Assembly: GCA_963699055.1 (NCBI GenBank)
Contig: CAVOTA010000002.1
Location: 1,036,430 to 1,100,429 of the forward strand
Reading direction: 5' to 3'
DNA length: 64,000 bases
From: an uncultured Acidimicrobiales bacterium
Lineage (GTDB): Bacteria; Actinomycetota; Acidimicrobiia; Acidimicrobiales; RAAP-2
This document shows, piece after piece, positions 60,589 through 64,000 of the stretch; positions within the stretch are counted from its first letter, which is position 1; every line of letters starts with the position of its first letter. The notes beneath the pieces were generated by a model. The model was not told the origin of the DNA. It saw nothing but the letters and a program-made list of their open reading frames with translations, and did no database searches. A program made the translations under genes and the position numbers.

Positions 60589-61385
60589 GCCGAGTCGCCG
60601 TCGTGACCGGAGGGGCCCGGGGCATCGGGGCCGCCACCGTCTGCGGCCTGGCCGCGGCCGGCTGGCGGGTGGTGGCCGTCGACCGGGCCGGGGACGACCC
60701 CCGGGTTCCCTATCCCCTCGGCACCCGGGCCGAGCTCGACGCCACGGTGGCCCTGGCCGACCGGCTCGGCGGCGGCACCGGTGCGGTGGTGGCCCACGTG
60801 GCCGACACGACCGACGAGGCGGCGCTGGCCGTGGCGGTGGCCCTCGCCGAGGAACGCTTCGGTGGTGTCGACGCCGTCGTGGCCGTCGCCGGTGTCATCG
60901 CCGGCGGCACCCCCCTGTGGGAGATGCCGGCCGCCCAGCTCGAGGCCGTGCTGGCCGTGGACCTCGGGGGCCCGATCGCCGCCGCCAGGGTCGGGATCCC
61001 GGCGCTGCTCCGCCGGCCGGCACCCCGCCAGGGGCGCTACCTGGCCGTGGCGTCGGCGGCCGCCACCCGGGGGATGGCGGCCCTGGCCGCCTACGGCGCC
61101 GCCAAGGCCGGCGTGGCCGGTCTGGTGCGGGGACTCGCCGCCGACCTCGCCGGCACCGGCGTCACCGCCAACGCCGTGTGCCCCGGCTCCACCGACACGG
61201 CCATGCTGGCCGAGAGCGCCCGGCTCTACGGACTGCCCGACACGGCCCCCTTCGCCGACCAGCAGGCGATCGGCCGCCTGCTCGCCCCCGAGGAGGTGGC
61301 CGCCGCCCTGGTGTGGCTGGCCGGCGAGGCGAGCAGTGCCCTCACCGGTGCCGTGGTGCCGGTCGACGGCGGCCTGGCGCTGTGA
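60585..61385 (+). CDS. Mycofactocin-coupled SDR-family oxidoreductase, second type
   Basis: ORF 60585..61385. It has VAVVTGGARGIGAA and YGAAKAG (YxxxK). It sits between mftE and mftF. Confidence 0.82.
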   Translation: MSRVAVVTGGARGIGAATVCGLAAAGWRVVAVDRAGDDPRVPYPLGTRAELDATVALADRLGGGTGAVVAHVADTTDEAALAVAVALAEERFGGVDAVVAVAGVIAGGTPLWEMPAAQLEAVLAVDLGGPIAAARVGIPALLRRPAPRQGRYLAVASAAATRGMAALAAYGAAKAGVAGLVRGLAADLAGTGVTANAVCPGSTDTAMLAESARLYGLPDTAPFADQQAIGRLLAPEEVAAALVWLAGEASSALTGAVVPVDGGLAL

Positions 61386-61395
61386 CCTCCGGCTG

Positions 61396-62805
61396 ATGAC
61401 GGCGCTGCCGGAGGGGTTCGGCCTGGCGCTCGACCGCCGGCTCCGGCGCTTCGGCGACGGCACGGTTCTGGCCGGTGGTCACCCGGGCCGGGTGGTGACG
61501 CTCACCCCGCGGGGTGCCCTCGCCCTCGACGGGCTGGTGGCCAGCGGCGTCGCCGACCCCGCCACCCGGGAGCTGGCCGGCCGCCTGGTCGACGCCGGGA
61601 TGGCCCACCCCCGACCACCGGGACGCCCGACCCGGTCCGCGCCCGCCGTCACCGTCGTCGTACCGGCCTTCGGACGGCCCGGGGCCCTGGCGCGGTGCCT
61701 CGCCGCCCTCGGCGACGGGCATCCGGTGGTGGTGGTCGACGACGGATCCCCCGACCCCGGGCCGCTGGCCGACGCGTGCGCCGCCCACGGTGCGACCCTG
61801 GTGCGACGGCCGGTCAACGGTGGACCGGGCGAGGCCCGCAACGCGGCGCTGGCGCACGTCGGGACCGACCTGGTGGCCTTCGTCGACAGCGACTGCACGG
61901 TGGGACCCGGCTGGTTGGAGGGACTGACGTGGCTGTTCGCCGACCCGGACGTCGCCGCGGTGGCACCCCGGATCGTCCCCGACCGTCCGGAGCCCGGCGA
62001 CCGGCGGGTCCTCGACCGGTTCGAGGCGGCGCGCTCGCCGTTGGACCTCGGGGCCGAGGAGGGTGAGGTCGGCCCGACGCGATCGGTCCGCTACGTGCCC
62101 ACCGCCGCCCTGGTGGTCCGGCGGCGGGCACTGGAGGCCGTCGGCGGGTTCACCCCGGGTCTGCGGGTCGGCGAGGACGTGGACCTGGTGTGGCGGCTCG
62201 TCGGCGCCGGCTGGCGGGTCCGCTACGCGCCCGACGTCACCGTGGGCCACGCCGAGCCCCGGACCTGGTCCGACCTGCTGGCCCGGCGCTTCCGCTACGG
62301 CACGTCGGCCGGGCCGCTGGCCGCCCGCCATCCGGGCCGACTGGCCCCGGTCGAGTTGCGTCCGTGGCCGGCGGCCGCGGCCGCGGCCGCGCTGCTCGGT
62401 CGCCCGGGGACGGCGGCCGTCGCCGTCGCCGGGTCCGGGATCGTCCTGGCCCGGACCGTGGGCCCTCTCGGGGTACCGGGCGGGCAGGCGTGGGCGTGGA
62501 GCGCCGGAGGTGCCGGCTGGACCGTGGTGGGGCTGGGCCGGGCCGCCACCACGCTGGCCTCCCCGGTGCTGGTGTTCCTCGCCGGCCGGGGCGGCAGGGC
62601 CGCCCGCGCCGCCCTCGCCCTCGCCGTGGTCCCCCCGGCCGTGGAGTGGGTGCGGCGCCGGCCCGACCTCGACCTGCCCCGGTGGATGGCGGCGTCCGTG
62701 GCGGATGACGTCGCCTACGGCGCCGGGGTGTGGACGGGGTGCCTCCGCTCCCGGTCCTTCGGGCCCCTCCTGCCCACCCTCCGGACGGGCCGCCGACAAT
62801 CGTGA
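61396..62805 (+). CDS. mftF: Mycofactocin biosynthesis glycosyltransferase MftF
   Basis: Part of ORF 60781..62805, with ATG at 61396. It has a GT2 core (VTVVVPAFGRPGALARCLAAL, VVVVDDGSPDP, FVDSDC, GEDVDLVWR) plus a C-terminal membrane region. Confidence 0.88.
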   Translation: MTALPEGFGLALDRRLRRFGDGTVLAGGHPGRVVTLTPRGALALDGLVASGVADPATRELAGRLVDAGMAHPRPPGRPTRSAPAVTVVVPAFGRPGALARCLAALGDGHPVVVVDDGSPDPGPLADACAAHGATLVRRPVNGGPGEARNAALAHVGTDLVAFVDSDCTVGPGWLEGLTWLFADPDVAAVAPRIVPDRPEPGDRRVLDRFEAARSPLDLGAEEGEVGPTRSVRYVPTAALVVRRRALEAVGGFTPGLRVGEDVDLVWRLVGAGWRVRYAPDVTVGHAEPRTWSDLLARRFRYGTSAGPLAARHPGRLAPVELRPWPAAAAAAALLGRPGTAAVAVAGSGIVLARTVGPLGVPGGQAWAWSAGGAGWTVVGLGRAATTLASPVLVFLAGRGGRAARAALALAVVPPAVEWVRRRPDLDLPRWMAASVADDVAYGAGVWTGCLRSRSFGPLLPTLRTGRRQS

Positions 62806-62806
62806 C

Positions 62807-62836
62807 CTCGCTCCTCCTCAAAAATGAGGAGTCGAG
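62807..62836 (+). terminator. Hairpin immediately after the mftF stop (no U-tract)
   Basis: CTCGCTCCTC-ctcaaaaat-GAGGAGtCGAG forms a 10-bp stem with one bulge. Confidence 0.4.
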
Positions 62837-62883
62837 CACCGGTCCCGGTTCGCCCTCACGACCAGCGGGTATCGGGAGAAACG

Positions 62884-63087
62884 ATGAGTACCATCGCCCT
62901 CCCGAGGCCCCAGAATTACACCTTGTTCCGTGGTGATGATCGGACATATCCCCAGGCAGGAAATCCATTCACGGCCGGTGGACAAATTGTTGAAAAACAA
63001 GCCTCCCGTAAGCTGCTCGGATTACCTGCCGATTCTCCCGAGACCGATGTGCCACCGCACACATCGGTCCAGTTCAGGGCCCCGTAG
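62884..63087 (+). CDS. Possible 67-codon ORF (MSTIALPRPQNYTLFRGDDRTYPQAG...)
   Basis: The ATG is preceded by GGGAGAA at 4 nt. Many codons end in A/T, unlike every confident gene here. It may be non-coding. Confidence 0.2.
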   Translation: MSTIALPRPQNYTLFRGDDRTYPQAGNPFTAGGQIVEKQASRKLLGLPADSPETDVPPHTSVQFRAP

Positions 63088-63323
63088 CTGACGGACCCCC
63101 GGGGAGGGCCAGGATCGGTATACTCCTCACAACGCACACCTGCCAAGGCGATTGCATGATTGCTCGCGACCCGACGGATGGCCGATCACTCGGCTTCCGA
63201 CGGTAGCGAGGGTCGGGTCGACAGATGCTTGTCGGCCTTCGCAACACAACCAACGGCGGGGATGCGGCACGACGCGACCGCGTCGAGCGAGTCTTCGAGA
63301 AATGAGTGATGTCCCCACGACGC

Positions 63324-63480
63324 AATCCTGGGCATAACAACACCGGCCGCACACCCTGAGGCGTAACGCCAGGACGAACGGAGCCTGCCCGCTCGTCGTC
63401 CGGGGACCGCATGCGATGGCCGTTGCCCGCCAACACCAATCAGAGGAAGGCGCCCCGTGCGCCCTACGAAGGGAGGTGCC
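63324..63480 (+). promoter_or_regulatory. Structured leader upstream of the rpf-like gene (possible ydaO/c-di-AMP-type riboswitch, unverified)
   Basis: A module is duplicated. The first copy is AAUC(63324-63327)-CUGG...CCAG-GACGAACGGAGCC(63373-63385). The second is AAUC(63438-63441)-stem GGCGC/GCGCC-ACGAAGGGAGG(63466-63476). The second copy contains the rpf SD. Confidence 0.25.
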
Positions 63481-64000
63481 ATGCGGACCCGCATTGCACT
63501 CGTGGCGATCATCCCGGTCGCCGTCATCACCGTCTCGTTCCTGAGCCAGCTCGTCTCCGTACAGCCGGCCCGGGCAGCAGCCGCCGCACCCCGCCGGCCG
63601 GTCGCGCACGCCACCGGGCACCGGTCCGACCGGCTCACGTCCATCGTCACCGACCACGGCCGCCTCGGACAGCGCACCGACACGGACACCGTGCCGGTGC
63701 TCCCCCGTCTGGCTGCCGCCCTGGTGACCGGCCACTCCGCCGGGACCAAGGAGGTCGTCCCGGTGGCCCCACCGGTACCGGCCGACACCGTCACCCCCGC
63801 CGAGCGCGACGCGTGGGAGCGCGTCGCCATGTGCGAAGAGGGCGGCGACTGGCACGCCGACAACGGCCGCTTCAGCGGTGGCCTCGGGATCACACGGTCC
63901 AACTGGGCGATCTACGGCGGGCTGCGGTACGCCCCCGAGGGCGCCATGGCCACCGAGGACCAGCAGATCATGGTCGCCGAGCGGATCCAGGGCAGTCCGC
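63481..64000 (+). CDS. Rpf-like (resuscitation-promoting-factor / transglycosylase-like domain) secreted protein, 5' part; runs off the window
   Basis: Own translation from ATG 63481 after GAAGGGAGG gives MRTRIALVAIIPVAVITVSFL... (signal/TM). Further on it reads ...ERDAWERVAMCEEGGDWHADNGRFSGGLGITRSNWAIYGG...QQIMVAERI. There is no stop before 64000. Confidence 0.8.
   Translation, partial: MRTRIALVAIIPVAVITVSFLSQLVSVQPARAAAAAPRRPVAHATGHRSDRLTSIVTDHGRLGQRTDTDTVPVLPRLAAALVTGHSAGTKEVVPVAPPVPADTVTPAERDAWERVAMCEEGGDWHADNGRFSGGLGITRSNWAIYGGLRYAPEGAMATEDQQIMVAERIQGSP

Noticed and set aside
62940-63120. ydaO riboswitch placed at 62940-63120 on the basis of CCUCCCGUAAGCUG and CCCCGUAGCUGAC strings
   Set aside because: I could not find the matching P1 partner or the paired AAUC/GGGGA half-sites by eye. 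The region is kept only as part of the broader leader finding, pending a covariance-model search.

Overview
Very high-GC, actinobacterial-type chromosomal window (Rpf domain, mycofactocin genes, long-form LeuA, type-2 IleS). All calls rest on reading the ORF track, my own translations and motif recognition; no searches were run. Positions 1-29.4 kb hold housekeeping and catabolic genes. These are ligA (partial), mnmA, a cysteine desulfurase, two aldehyde dehydrogenases, two acyl-CoA synthetases, a gamma-glutamylation-type amine module, leuA with a Leu leader-peptide attenuator, ileS, transporters, and SRPBCC, GNAT and amidohydrolase genes. Positions 29.7-46.3 kb hold a paralogous cluster of four exported Ig-repeat proteins: one membrane-anchored, and three giant proteins of about 1200, 2140 and 1330 aa. 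The giant proteins combine a roughly 300-aa polyglycine-rich domain, long arrays of 88-89-aa putative-Ig repeats and IPT/TIG domains. Positions 49.0-62.8 kb hold a tightly coupled mycofactocin operon: mftR, then mftA-B-C, FadH/OYE, SDR, FadH/OYE, etfA-like, fixC, fixX, etfB-like, mftE, SDR, mftF. It lacks mftD and carries an embedded ETF/FixCX electron-transfer module. This is my best candidate for an uncharacterised system. It is followed by a 675-nt low-GC structured leader and a partial Rpf-like gene. Six single-base frame disruptions occur in otherwise clearly coding genes, so they are either assembly indels or pseudogenisation. I saw no rRNA, tRNA, CRISPR array, transposase or integrase.
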